Below, in pieces: positions 52,758 through 61,869 of a stretch of 64,000 bases of DNA. The stretch's first letter is position 1. Each line of letters starts with the position of its first letter. This DNA is from Bradymonadia bacterium. Lineage in GTDB: Bacteria > Myxococcota_A > Bradymonadia > UBA7976 > UBA1532. Under the pieces are notes generated by a model. It had not been told where the DNA came from and made no database searches. It saw only the letters and a list, made by a program, of their open reading frames with translations. The stretch is taken from positions 64,001 through 128,000 of the forward strand of contig JBKAGE010000071.1 of the NCBI GenBank assembly GCA_046290225.1. Reading direction: 5' to 3'. The position numbers and the translations under genes were made by a program.

Positions 52758-53272
52758 GCGGGCGACTCACGCGAGCAGACTGGTCCAGTCTCGCCCTCAG
52801 AGTGCTCTCCGAAGAGGGGCCCGAAGGCCTGACCATCGCGAGGCTGTGCGAGCGAGCGGGCAAGACTCGGGGATCGCTCTACCATCATTTTCCCGGGCGT
52901 GAGGCGTTGCTCGAGGCCACCCTCGAGGCCTGGCGAGCGCGGAACACTGATGCGCTGATCCAAGCCACCCCGCCCGAGCGTGGGGCCGCGGGTCATCTGA
53001 ACGAGCTGGCCCTGGCGCTGGATTTCGAACTGGAGCAAGCCGCCCGTCGGCTGATCAGCCGCGAGCCCTGGCTCGAACGTCATATCCGAGAAGTCGATGC
53101 TGCCCGCATCGAGCACTTGAAGCGTCTCAACGCGGCGGAAGGCGTCGACGAAGAGACCGCACAAACGCAAGCTGAGTTGGAGTACGCGATCTTCCTCGGT
53201 GTGCAGCAGCTCGACCTCACGCCAGAGCGGATCAAGACGCTCTATGCGTGGTTCGTGGACAAGTTGAGCTGA
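52754..53272 (+). CDS. TetR/AcrR family transcriptional regulator
   Basis: LTIARLCERAGKTRGSLYHHFPGREAL; ATGA overlap with the upstream gene. Confidence 0.92.
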   Translation: MSGRLTRADWSSLALRVLSEEGPEGLTIARLCERAGKTRGSLYHHFPGREALLEATLEAWRARNTDALIQATPPERGAAGHLNELALALDFELEQAARRLISREPWLERHIREVDAARIEHLKRLNAAEGVDEETAQTQAELEYAIFLGVQQLDLTPERIKTLYAWFVDKLS

Positions 53273-53281
53273 AGCGGGTGC

Positions 53282-53860
53282 TCAGGGTGTCTCGATGAGT
53301 TGAAGAGTTGTCACCACGGCTGTGCCCACCACCTTGGCCCCCTCGTGCATTTTGAGCACCCGGCCCACGGCGACCTCTCTCCAGGAAGGCACATGACGCG
53401 GGTGTAAACGCACCATCGTCGTCTCTCCAGGAGCGAGCTCGCTCACTCCCTCGAGGGTGATGGGGGCACCACACAAACACAGCCCGCGGGCGTCGGGGTT
53501 GTGGTTGATGTTCCAGTCTGCCCGGTAGCCCGAGAAGATCGGCTTCGAGCGTCCTTCTTCGGGGCCCATGAGCGTCAGCTCGGCCTCGATGTAGCCGGAG
53601 CGCACTGCGTAGCTCCTCAACCAGCACTTCTGAGCAGAGTTGCGGAGCTTCAGCTCGCTGAAGGTCTGCGTCAGCGCCTTCCAGAAATCCAGTGACGCAT
53701 CACCCCGTGCGTCCGCATGCTGTACCAGCAGATCCGCAACAAAACGGGTCTCGTAGCTTCGCATGTGCTCATGCAGGTCATCGGGGAGGGGGATGGGGCT
53801 GAGCTCGATGGCTCGCGCCAGATGGAGGTTGGCTCTGTGGAGCGCTGTTTGCCCGGACAT
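53282..53860 (-). CDS. Hypothetical protein with C-terminal EF-Tu domain III-like beta-barrel
   Basis: IEAELTLMGPEEGRSKPIFSGYRADW...LAPGETT...KMHEGAKVVGTAVV aligns by eye with EF-Tu [27 protein letters not shown]...MPGD...IREGGRTVGAGVV. Confidence 0.7.
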   Translation of the reverse strand: MSGQTALHRANLHLARAIELSPIPLPDDLHEHMRSYETRFVADLLVQHADARGDASLDFWKALTQTFSELKLRNSAQKCWLRSYAVRSGYIEAELTLMGPEEGRSKPIFSGYRADWNINHNPDARGLCLCGAPITLEGVSELAPGETTMVRLHPRHVPSWREVAVGRVLKMHEGAKVVGTAVVTTLQLIETP

Positions 53861-53922
53861 CGAGAGCAGATCGCAGAAGGCTGGAAGGTGAGGTCAGTCG
53901 CCCGTAAGAGCGTGTATTCGTC

Positions 53923-55278
53923 TTACTGCGCCGCAGGCAGGGCGCTCTGGTGTGGCCCGCTCACAGCGGTGTCGCTGATGTTGCCGGTGGAGCCCACCAC
54001 GTAGAGGTAGTAGTCCTCGTCGACGACGTTGTAGCGGTAGAAGTTGCTCGGCCACTCCTTGTAGAGCGACACCGTAGCGCTCAGCTTGGCGCCAGCAGGC
54101 ACGCGGGCCTGGATCCAGTCGACGCTGTCGCCGGAGACCGAGTTCAGCTCATGAGACTTGCCGTCGACCTCCACCCGAAGGGTCAAGTCGAAGTCGTTGA
54201 AGCTGTTGTAGTGGTGGTACCAGCCTGCGGCAGTCCACACCGTCGGGGCCCCGTAGCCCGTGAGGGCCGCGGCGCCGAGGATCTGCATCGCCTCGACGTA
54301 GGTGTAGCGGGCGTACTTGCTCACCACGAGCACCGTGACGAACTGCGTGTCGCCTGAGGTGAACTCGAAGGTGTCGGGGTTGCCGGTCTCGGAGGTGCCC
54401 TTCACCATGAACGAGGTGTCGTTGTCGCTCATCTGAGCAGCGAACTCTTCGGTGTAGGCCTCGAAGAGCTCGTAGGTGCGGACCTCACCGCCCTCTGCCC
54501 ACTCGACATCGACGGTGCGACAGACACCTGCCTCGTCGCTGCCCCAACACTCACCGCCGTCTTCTGCGAGGTACTGCCCGTGGTCGTCAGCCTTGTAGCC
54601 GTGACCTCCGATGGGGCCCAACGGGCCGAGGGGGCCCAGCGCGCCGAGGGGGCCCACAGGGCCGAGCACGCCCCAGACACCACCGGGGGCGAGGTGGGCG
54701 ATGAAGTCGCCTTCGGGCACGTCGTCGGCGTTGGGGTTCTCGGCCTTGAAGTCTTCCGCCTGAGCAGGCCACAGCTCAGTGTTCAAGGGGCCCTTGCTGC
54801 CCAGAGGGCCGTCGGCGGAGAGGGGGCCGCCATCGGCGTTGATGGTGCGAGCGAAATAGTCCCAACCGGCGCTGCCAGAGATGTATGAAGACGGGCTCCA
54901 GGCCTCACCGGCCGCAGGGCCCAGCAGGCCCAGAGGACCATACTCGCCGATGGGGCCGTAGTGGCCCAGAGCGCTCATGGGCTTGAGGTAGTCGCTCGCT
55001 TTGAGAGGATCACCGACGAAGAGCGCGTCGATGGCCGGCGCGACACCCTCGAGATCACCCTCGAGAGACTCCACCCGAGAAGCAGAGGTGTAGTACCAGC
55101 TGCCCCGAGCCTCGTCGGCCTTGCCGGGAATCCGGGGACCGGCGCTCTCGTGGTTGCCCTTGGCCTCGGCAGGGGCCTCTACAGGGGCCTCGTCGGAGGT
55201 GCCTTCCTCGGCTTCACCGGCACAACCGGAGAGCAGGAGGGCGGCACTGAGAGCGGCGCTGGTGGAGAGGTGCTTCAT
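53923..55278 (-). CDS. Lipoprotein with GPLG (Gly-Pro-Leu) repeats
   Basis: Lipobox LSGC, GKAD motif and three blocks of G-P-[LIV]-G-x-x repeats. ATG 55278 with GAGGA RBS. Confidence 0.8.
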   Translation of the reverse strand: MKHLSTSAALSAALLLSGCAGEAEEGTSDEAPVEAPAEAKGNHESAGPRIPGKADEARGSWYYTSASRVESLEGDLEGVAPAIDALFVGDPLKASDYLKPMSALGHYGPIGEYGPLGLLGPAAGEAWSPSSYISGSAGWDYFARTINADGGPLSADGPLGSKGPLNTELWPAQAEDFKAENPNADDVPEGDFIAHLAPGGVWGVLGPVGPLGALGPLGPLGPIGGHGYKADDHGQYLAEDGGECWGSDEAGVCRTVDVEWAEGGEVRTYELFEAYTEEFAAQMSDNDTSFMVKGTSETGNPDTFEFTSGDTQFVTVLVVSKYARYTYVEAMQILGAAALTGYGAPTVWTAAGWYHHYNSFNDFDLTLRVEVDGKSHELNSVSGDSVDWIQARVPAGAKLSATVSLYKEWPSNFYRYNVVDEDYYLYVVGSTGNISDTAVSGPHQSALPAAQ

Positions 55279-55493
55279 GGGATCCTCACGTGAGCGTGCG
55301 TGTTGGCGAGGTGTGTAGCAAATCACAGGCCATCAGAGAAGCTCTGAAACAGGCATGAAAACGGGCGTACTCGAGATGAAGGTGGTGACTCGTGTGGCCA
55401 GGGGTGGCTGGTCGATGCACCACCTGAGGGCAGGGCGTCATCCAGAGACAGCCTGGATGGAGCACGACGGGGTGAGTTCGTTACACTGAGCCC

Positions 55494-57353
55494 ATGACCG
55501 AGCTGATGATCTCCACGAGGGGCCCTGCCCGAGACGCCCTCACCCGTCACGTACCCACAGAGGCCGCGCTCCGCGCCCGCTTGCAGCGGTCCTGGTACGC
55601 CCTCTTTGCCCACCGAACACCTTTGAGCGCCATCGAGCGACACGCCATCGGCCCCCTGCTCGACCAGCGGGAGTGTCTGCTCGTTGCCGCTGGGGGCAAT
55701 GGCCGCCTCGAGGCCCTCGTCGCCGGGGCCTTCGAGCAGATCCCCCGAGCACTGCCCGGGGGGCCTCTGGCGCTGCTCATCTGCCCTGACAAGCCCACCA
55801 TGCGATCAGCGGCTCGACGCCTCACCGAGCCGGCCCGACGCATCGAGCTGCAGGTAGGCGTCTGGTCGGGACTGCAGGCCGAGCCGCCGAAGAAGAAGCA
55901 CGTGCTCGTCACCACGCTGCGCAGCCTCGACGCTCTGCTGACCCGACACCCGGCCACGCTCAAGCATTTGCAGTGGGCTCTGGTGGATCGGTTGAACCAG
56001 TTCGAGGGTCACGCCCGGGCCGATCAGCTCTCGGCGGTGCTCTACCGGCTGCGTAAAATCGCCGAGGCCGGTGGCGGTCATCTCACGGTGGCCATGGCCT
56101 CGGGATCCATCGCTGATCCTCAAGGGGCAGCCCGACGCCACCTCGTCGACGGCCAGGTGATTCAGGTGCCACCGAGCCGCCAGAGGGTGGATGTGCAGGC
56201 CACCCCCGCGCCGGATCTACGGACTGTGGTGAAGGCCCTCAAAGATGGTGGTGGTCGCACCATCGTATATGCCCCCTGTGCCCGTGAGTCAGAGCAGCTC
56301 GAGATGGCCCTCAAGGGCAAACCGCCCTTTGGCGATGCAGTCTATCTACGCCATGGGGGCACGGACGAGCGGGATGCAGCCAAAGCCCTGAGATCGTTCA
56401 CCGCCCGGCAGACCTCGGTCTTGATCACCACATTGCCCGTGGAAGACGACGTCGCTGAGAAGCTCGACCGGGTGGTGCAGTGGGGACCGCCTCCGGACGT
56501 GGCCACCCTCATGGCCCGCATCGGCCCCAAGGGCAGAGGCCCCGAAGACGACGATTTGCCCGTGATGTTGTTGCCACGATCGCTCTCCGAGGCGGTGCGC
56601 ATGGCGTTTCTCGTCGAGCGGGCCTCCATGGACGACTGGTGCGTCGATCCCTCGGGCTATCACCCCGGCACCATGCTGCAGCAGGCCTGCTCACTGGTGT
56701 TCCAGAACCCGCGGCGGCGGCTGACGGCCAAGGCGCTCAAGAGCCGCCTGCCGCCCTGGCAATCTGCCTGGTGGACCGAGGCAGACATCGAGTCGGTCCT
56801 TCGCCGAGGGCATCGGTGGTTCAAAGTGGATGGCGCAGGCGGATTCCTGCCCACTGATCGCTTGCTGGGCAGATTCGAGGCGGGCCGCATTCACGGCATC
56901 GCTACCCGCCCTGTGGCTACGCGGCAGAGCATGGCCGACGCTCAAGCCTATCTACGGTTCCTCGGCGTACCGCCTGGGGTCGGGGTGCTGATGCCCGGCC
57001 GCTGGGTGCACGGCCTGGGCACTGTGTACGGTCGCATCATCGCTCGGGCGCTGAGCGATCTCGGTGAGCAACGGGTCGACGGTCACGGTGGGATGGAGGT
57101 GCGGGCCTACGGGCGACCGCCGCCGCTCGACGTGCCCCGCATTCGCGGCGTGATCCGCCGTGAGGCGGACTGGCTCACCAAGATGACGGGTCAGGGGGTG
57201 GAGTTTTCATGGCTGCCTCCGGCGATGAAGGCTCGAGCGCTGGTGGAGACTGTCTCACCGGAGGCTGTGGCTGAGGCCTGGGCGCGGTTGGAGTGGAGGA
57301 GCCCTGATGAGAAGCTGGGGCAGAGGGTGAATGTGGCGCTGACTTGTCTCTGA
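55494..57353 (+). CDS. Lhr-like SF2 helicase homolog with degenerate catalytic motifs
   Basis: Motif order is preserved but substituted: AAGGNGRLEA (Walker A), VTTLRSLDALL (Ib), LVDRLNQF (DExH), MASGSIADP (III), ARIGPKGR (VI). Confidence 0.7.
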   Translation: MTELMISTRGPARDALTRHVPTEAALRARLQRSWYALFAHRTPLSAIERHAIGPLLDQRECLLVAAGGNGRLEALVAGAFEQIPRALPGGPLALLICPDKPTMRSAARRLTEPARRIELQVGVWSGLQAEPPKKKHVLVTTLRSLDALLTRHPATLKHLQWALVDRLNQFEGHARADQLSAVLYRLRKIAEAGGGHLTVAMASGSIADPQGAARRHLVDGQVIQVPPSRQRVDVQATPAPDLRTVVKALKDGGGRTIVYAPCARESEQLEMALKGKPPFGDAVYLRHGGTDERDAAKALRSFTARQTSVLITTLPVEDDVAEKLDRVVQWGPPPDVATLMARIGPKGRGPEDDDLPVMLLPRSLSEAVRMAFLVERASMDDWCVDPSGYHPGTMLQQACSLVFQNPRRRLTAKALKSRLPPWQSAWWTEADIESVLRRGHRWFKVDGAGGFLPTDRLLGRFEAGRIHGIATRPVATRQSMADAQAYLRFLGVPPGVGVLMPGRWVHGLGTVYGRIIARALSDLGEQRVDGHGGMEVRAYGRPPPLDVPRIRGVIRREADWLTKMTGQGVEFSWLPPAMKARALVETVSPEAVAEAWARLEWRSPDEKLGQRVNVALTCL

Positions 57354-57399
57354 TGGTGAGTGTGTTTGAGTTGTTTTGAGCTCATCTCAGTGATAGCGA

Positions 57400-57847
57400 C
57401 TCGCTGGCGCTCGCAGATCAGTTTTCGGGCACGGGCACGGGCACGGGCACGGGCACGAGTTTTACGGATGTGGGCAGTGCAGCCTGAGGCTGCATGTCTT
57501 GGAGCGAGTGGAGGGCGGCGCAGCCGGCCGGAGGGAGCGGAAAGACACCCGTAGGGCTGGCCACTGTTCAACCTGACTCGTGGTCCTTCCTGGGTTCAAG
57601 ACACAGGCTGCAATTGAAGCTGAGATGATGTGTTTCTGCACAACCTGAGAGTTCAGGTCTTGGGGTGTATGGAGGCCAAAACCTCCAATGAGAGACCTAT
57701 GGGGCTGAGTAAAGCCTCCGCCATCACAAACCCACGAGCGGAGTCATGCAGGGCCACAGGTCCAGGTATGTATCAACTCGTGCCCGTGCCCGTGCCCGTG
57801 CCCGTGCCCGTGCCCGTGCCCGAAAACTGATCTGCGAGCGACGCGAG
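57400..57847. repeat. Non-coding fold-back element with (GGGCAC)5/(GTGCCC)7 inverted arms, copy 2
   Basis: cgctcgcagatcagttttc(gggcac)5gagtt at 57408-57461 pairs with aactc(gtgccc)7gaaaactgatctgcgagcg at 57775-57840. Core is homologous to 16740-16936. Confidence 0.92.
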
Positions 57848-57883
57848 CCCACCACCTGCATCACACTCACAGCGATTCGAGAT

Positions 57884-59905
57884 CTATTCCTGAATCAACT
57901 CGATGTTCGCCGGCGGCGTGGACCCCGCAGAGGGCGCTCGCCGAGTGCCCGTCGGAACATCATCGATGTCGAGCAGATCGATGTCGGGGTTCTTGGGTGG
58001 CTTTTTGCCCGAAGGCTTGCTCTGCGAAGAGGCAGATGGTCGGTTGTTGACCCCGAAGGTCCGTCCAGAAGGCTCGTCGAGCAGCTGCACATTGACAGCC
58101 TGGGCACCCGAAGGCGCGCTTTTGCCCTGTGTCGATGGCTCCACTGCACCCACCGCCGTTGTGGGCTTTGACGGTGTGACTTCGGGTGGATCTGCCTTGG
58201 GCGGATCTGCGGTGGGGGCGGCCAAGGCAGGCGAGACCGTCTCTTTGGGCAGCGACGTACGACGGCGGGGGCGTTTACGGCTGCGCACAGAACCGCGGTT
58301 GGCCTTGGGCACAGGGGGCTCGGCTGCTGCGGTCTTCGGTGTGTCCTTGGTGGTCGCACCGGTGGCTGGGCTCGTCGGCTCCAGGGTGATGCGCTTCGAC
58401 TCGACCTCTTGATCTCGGGTCAGCGTCAGCGGGACGACCTCGGTGACGTGGCCGTCGAGGGTGAGCTTGATGTTGTGCACGCCCACGGGGAGCTTGACGT
58501 TGATGGGGGTCTCGCCGAGGGGGGTGCCATCGTGGCTCACCTGGGCGCCGCTCGGCGTGCTCTGCAACTTCACGGTGACATAGGCCACCTCTGGCGCAGG
58601 GGCGTCGGGGATCTGCGCGCCCACGCGATGAACGACTGTGCCGGCGTCAGGCTGGAGCAACGCACCGAGGGCTGCGCCCTCACCAGCAAGTGGCTTCGAG
58701 GTGGGGCCTGCGAGCTCTTCTGCGCCTCGGGGCAGCTTCATCCAGATGACCAGCACGCCGAGCACGCACAGCGCCGCCAGAAGACCCCAAAGTAGACCTC
58801 GACGGCTCTCCCGAGGTGCAGGGAGCGCGTCCACCGTCTCGCCGGTGGCCTGCCACGGTGGGGCTGCAGGTGCCGGTGTGCCGCGCCACGAGGAAGACGA
58901 GTCGGGCTCGTCACCGCTGAAGACCCCCAGCGTGCGTCGGACCACCCTCAAGGCGGCCCGCATCTCCCGAGCAGACTGAAAGCGGCTGTCCGGATCTTTC
59001 GAGAGCGACTTCATCACCAGCGCCTCGAGGGCGTCGGGGAGCTCGACGTCGGCCCGCACGTCGGCGAAGGCCGGCGGCTTCTCGGTGAGGTGCATGCGGA
59101 ACAGATCGTGGTGCGACTTGCCTTCGAACGGCAGGCGGCCCGTGAGCATGCGATAGAAGACCACGCCGAGGGCATAGAGATCAGTTCGGGCGTCCACCTT
59201 GCCCAAGGCCACCTGCTCCGGGGCCATGTAATGCGGTGTACCGCAGACCTGGCGCTCCTGCGTGACCTCGTTGGCGTAGTCCACCGTGGGGGCGGGCTCT
59301 TCAGAGCCGTCTTCCGGGTTCTCGACGATGTATTTGGCGATGCCGAAGTCGAGGACCTTCACATAGTCCTCGTCTTCGTTGCGGTGCACGAGGAACAGGT
59401 TGCCTGGCTTGAGATCGCGATGCACCACCCGCTGCTTGTGGGCCGACTCGAGGGCCTTGAGCACCTGCTCGGTGATGTGGATCGCCCGGGGCAGGGGCAG
59501 CGCCCCGGACTGCTTGAGCACGCGATGCAGTGAGTACCCCTCGAGCATCTCCATGACCAGGAACAGCTGCCCTTCGGGGGTCTGACCATAGTCGTGCACG
59601 ATGGTGGCGTGCGGGTGGCTGATGTTCGAAGCGATCCGGGCGCCACGGGCGAAGCGCCCCGCCGCCGCTGGATCAGCAGGGGGGAGCACTTTGATCGCCA
59701 CCACCCGCTCTGTGGAACGCTGCCACGCCCGCCAGACCGAGCTGTTCATGCCACCGACGCCGATGAGCTCCTTGAGGATGTATCGATCAGCGAGGGTTTT
59801 GCCCGAGAGATCCTCCACCACCCGGCGTCCGTCCTGCGGGCAGCGTTCCACCGCCTCGGTGTACCGAGCGTGACATCGCGGACAAATCCAGGAGGTCTGA
59901 GTCAA
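57884..59905 (-). CDS. Hanks-type Ser/Thr protein kinase with TM helix and PEGA domain
   Basis: IGVGGM, VAIKVL, VHRDLKPGN, KVLDFGIAK, GTPHYMAPEQ, DLYALG; TM; PEGA (STPSGAQV...LGETP); N-terminal CPRC...CPQDG zinc ribbon. Confidence 0.95.
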   Translation of the reverse strand: MTQTSWICPRCHARYTEAVERCPQDGRRVVEDLSGKTLADRYILKELIGVGGMNSSVWRAWQRSTERVVAIKVLPPADPAAAGRFARGARIASNISHPHATIVHDYGQTPEGQLFLVMEMLEGYSLHRVLKQSGALPLPRAIHITEQVLKALESAHKQRVVHRDLKPGNLFLVHRNEDEDYVKVLDFGIAKYIVENPEDGSEEPAPTVDYANEVTQERQVCGTPHYMAPEQVALGKVDARTDLYALGVVFYRMLTGRLPFEGKSHHDLFRMHLTEKPPAFADVRADVELPDALEALVMKSLSKDPDSRFQSAREMRAALRVVRRTLGVFSGDEPDSSSSWRGTPAPAAPPWQATGETVDALPAPRESRRGLLWGLLAALCVLGVLVIWMKLPRGAEELAGPTSKPLAGEGAALGALLQPDAGTVVHRVGAQIPDAPAPEVAYVTVKLQSTPSGAQVSHDGTPLGETPINVKLPVGVHNIKLTLDGHVTEVVPLTLTRDQEVESKRITLEPTSPATGATTKDTPKTAAAEPPVPKANRGSVRSRKRPRRRTSLPKETVSPALAAPTADPPKADPPEVTPSKPTTAVGAVEPSTQGKSAPSGAQAVNVQLLDEPSGRTFGVNNRPSASSQSKPSGKKPPKNPDIDLLDIDDVPTGTRRAPSAGSTPPANIELIQE

Positions 59906-59993
59906 AGCAGCTGTGCCTCAGCGGAGAAAGTGGAGATCTATAGTGCCGATTTTCGGCGCGATGGGCAATCGGCCACCCCCTGAAACGGGCCAG

Positions 59994-60986
59994 TCAGCGA
60001 TCGTCGATCCGCGCGATTTGCTCTCTGAGATCCTGAATTTCCCGCTGCCAGTACTGCAGGGTGCCGAAGTGGTTGAAGGTCTTCTTGAAGATCGGATCCG
60101 ACCACCGTCGGGCGATCCACGTGGAATAGTGCACGAAGCGCAGGGCCCGCAGCGGCTCGACGAGGGTGAGCCAGTGCTCGTTGAAGGGCCGCATCTCCTG
60201 GTAGGCCCCCACGAGATGATCGCGCTCTCGGGCGCCGTGGGCGTCGGCGCTCGCCGCCATCATCCAGATGTCCTGCACCGCGGGGCCCACACGGGCGTCG
60301 TCGAAGTCGAGGAACAAAGGCCCGTCGGGGGTCCAGAGCAGGTTGCTCAAGTGACAGTCACCGTGGATCCGGTGCACGGGGATCTCGTTGAACCGCCAGC
60401 GGATACGATCGAGCAGGGCCTTCACCGTGGCCACATAGTTGGCTCGGGCGTCGGGGTGAATGTGATCACCGCTCTCGAGGATGGCGAGGTTCTCGTCGCC
60501 ATAGGTCTCCACAGTGAGCGGAGGTCGGTGATGCATGGTGGACCGGGCGCCCACGTTGTGGATCCGGGCGATGAGGCGACCCAAGATGCCGTACTGCTCG
60601 ATGGTGGGCTCTTCGGGCGAGCGGCCGCCGACGCGGGGGAAGAGGGTGTAATAGATGCCCTCGACTTCGCCCACCGTGCTGCCGCCTTCGAGGGGGAGCG
60701 GGGCCGCCACGGGGATCTCTTCGGCCTGCAGCTCTTGCAGGAACTGGTGCTCTTCGAGGAGGGCCTCTCGGGACCAGCGCCCTGGCCGATAGAACTTGCC
60801 CACCACCCACGAGTCGTCTTCGAGCTGCAGCTGGTAGACCCGGTTCTCATAGCTGTTGAGGATGAGGAACCGCCCGGTGCAGCGGTGCCCGCCGGCCTCG
60901 ACGGCGTCGAGCACGCTCTCGGGGGTCAGCCGGTTGAAGCGCTCGCTGAGCGGGTGGAGGTCGAGGGGGTTTTCAGTGTCAGACAT
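59994..60986 (-). CDS. srkA: Stress response kinase A (SrkA/RdoA/YihE)
   Basis: LNSYENRVY, KFYRPGRWS, EEHQF, RIHGDCHLSN, LDFDD, GPAVQDIW, WIARRWSDPIF. Confidence 0.93.
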   Translation of the reverse strand: MSDTENPLDLHPLSERFNRLTPESVLDAVEAGGHRCTGRFLILNSYENRVYQLQLEDDSWVVGKFYRPGRWSREALLEEHQFLQELQAEEIPVAAPLPLEGGSTVGEVEGIYYTLFPRVGGRSPEEPTIEQYGILGRLIARIHNVGARSTMHHRPPLTVETYGDENLAILESGDHIHPDARANYVATVKALLDRIRWRFNEIPVHRIHGDCHLSNLLWTPDGPLFLDFDDARVGPAVQDIWMMAASADAHGARERDHLVGAYQEMRPFNEHWLTLVEPLRALRFVHYSTWIARRWSDPIFKKTFNHFGTLQYWQREIQDLREQIARIDDR

Positions 60987-61002
60987 GGTTGTCCTGAGGG
61001 TC

Positions 61003-61869
61003 TCAAAAGAGGGCGAGCATCTCATCGAACAGTGCCACACCGGTTTGGGTCCCTTCGACGGGGCTCACAGGTGCGCCTGGCCGATGGGCCTCGAACAGAT
61101 CGCGCACCGCCGCGGGCATGGCGTCGACCTTGAGCAGCAGCTCGGTGAAATAGTCGGGCTCGATCTGGTGCAGGGCCTTGCCGATGTGTCGGCCGGCCCC
61201 CATCCGGAGGGTCTCGCCATCGACCCGATCGCGGTACACCCAATACATCCAGGCGTCCCACTCGGCGCGGATGGCGTCGGCATACTGCCGCTGCTGAGCC
61301 ATGGCTGTGTCGAGATCGTCGGGGATGGCCCCTGCCTTGATCATGCGCATCAGCAGTCGCCCGGCGGCCACGGCGTCTGCCGTGGCGGAGTGTGCGTTGC
61401 GCAACTGCAGGCCATAGAAGCGACACAGGGCGTCGAGTCGGCGGCTGCGGTGGTGGCGATGGTGCCACCGTACAAAGACCACCGGGTCGAGTAGGGTGTC
61501 GAGGTCTAGTTGCTGGTCGTGGCCCACTCGGGTGAGCTCGCGGTTGACGATGCGGGCATCGAAGTCGAGACCGTTGTAGGCCACCACGATGGGGGGCTCG
61601 CCGTCATCGCCCCCATCGACGTGGTGCATCAGCCTCGGCGCAGCTTCGGCAAAGGCGGGCGCTGAGCGGACATGCTCGTCGTAGATGTGGTGCACCTGAG
61701 AGGCGCCCTGGGGGATCGACTGTTCGGGGTTCACCAGCATACGGCGGGTGTCGACGGGCTCACCATGGCGAAACCACGCCGCCCCGAGTTCGATGATGCG
61801 ATCGGTCTCCGGGTCGACGCCGGTGGTCTCGATGTCGAAGATGAAGAGCGGGCCGGTGGAGAGCAACAT
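61003..61869 (-). CDS. DEDDh 3'-5' exonuclease (DnaQ/ExoX-like)
   Basis: FDIETTG (ExoI), AYNGLDFD (ExoII), HSATADA (ExoIII); C-terminal GAGRHIGK resembles the ExoX-like FGKHKG motif. Confidence 0.92.
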   Translation of the reverse strand: MLLSTGPLFIFDIETTGVDPETDRIIELGAAWFRHGEPVDTRRMLVNPEQSIPQGASQVHHIYDEHVRSAPAFAEAAPRLMHHVDGGDDGEPPIVVAYNGLDFDARIVNRELTRVGHDQQLDLDTLLDPVVFVRWHHRHHRSRRLDALCRFYGLQLRNAHSATADAVAAGRLLMRMIKAGAIPDDLDTAMAQQRQYADAIRAEWDAWMYWVYRDRVDGETLRMGAGRHIGKALHQIEPDYFTELLLKVDAMPAAVRDLFEAHRPGAPVSPVEGTQTGVALFDEMLALF

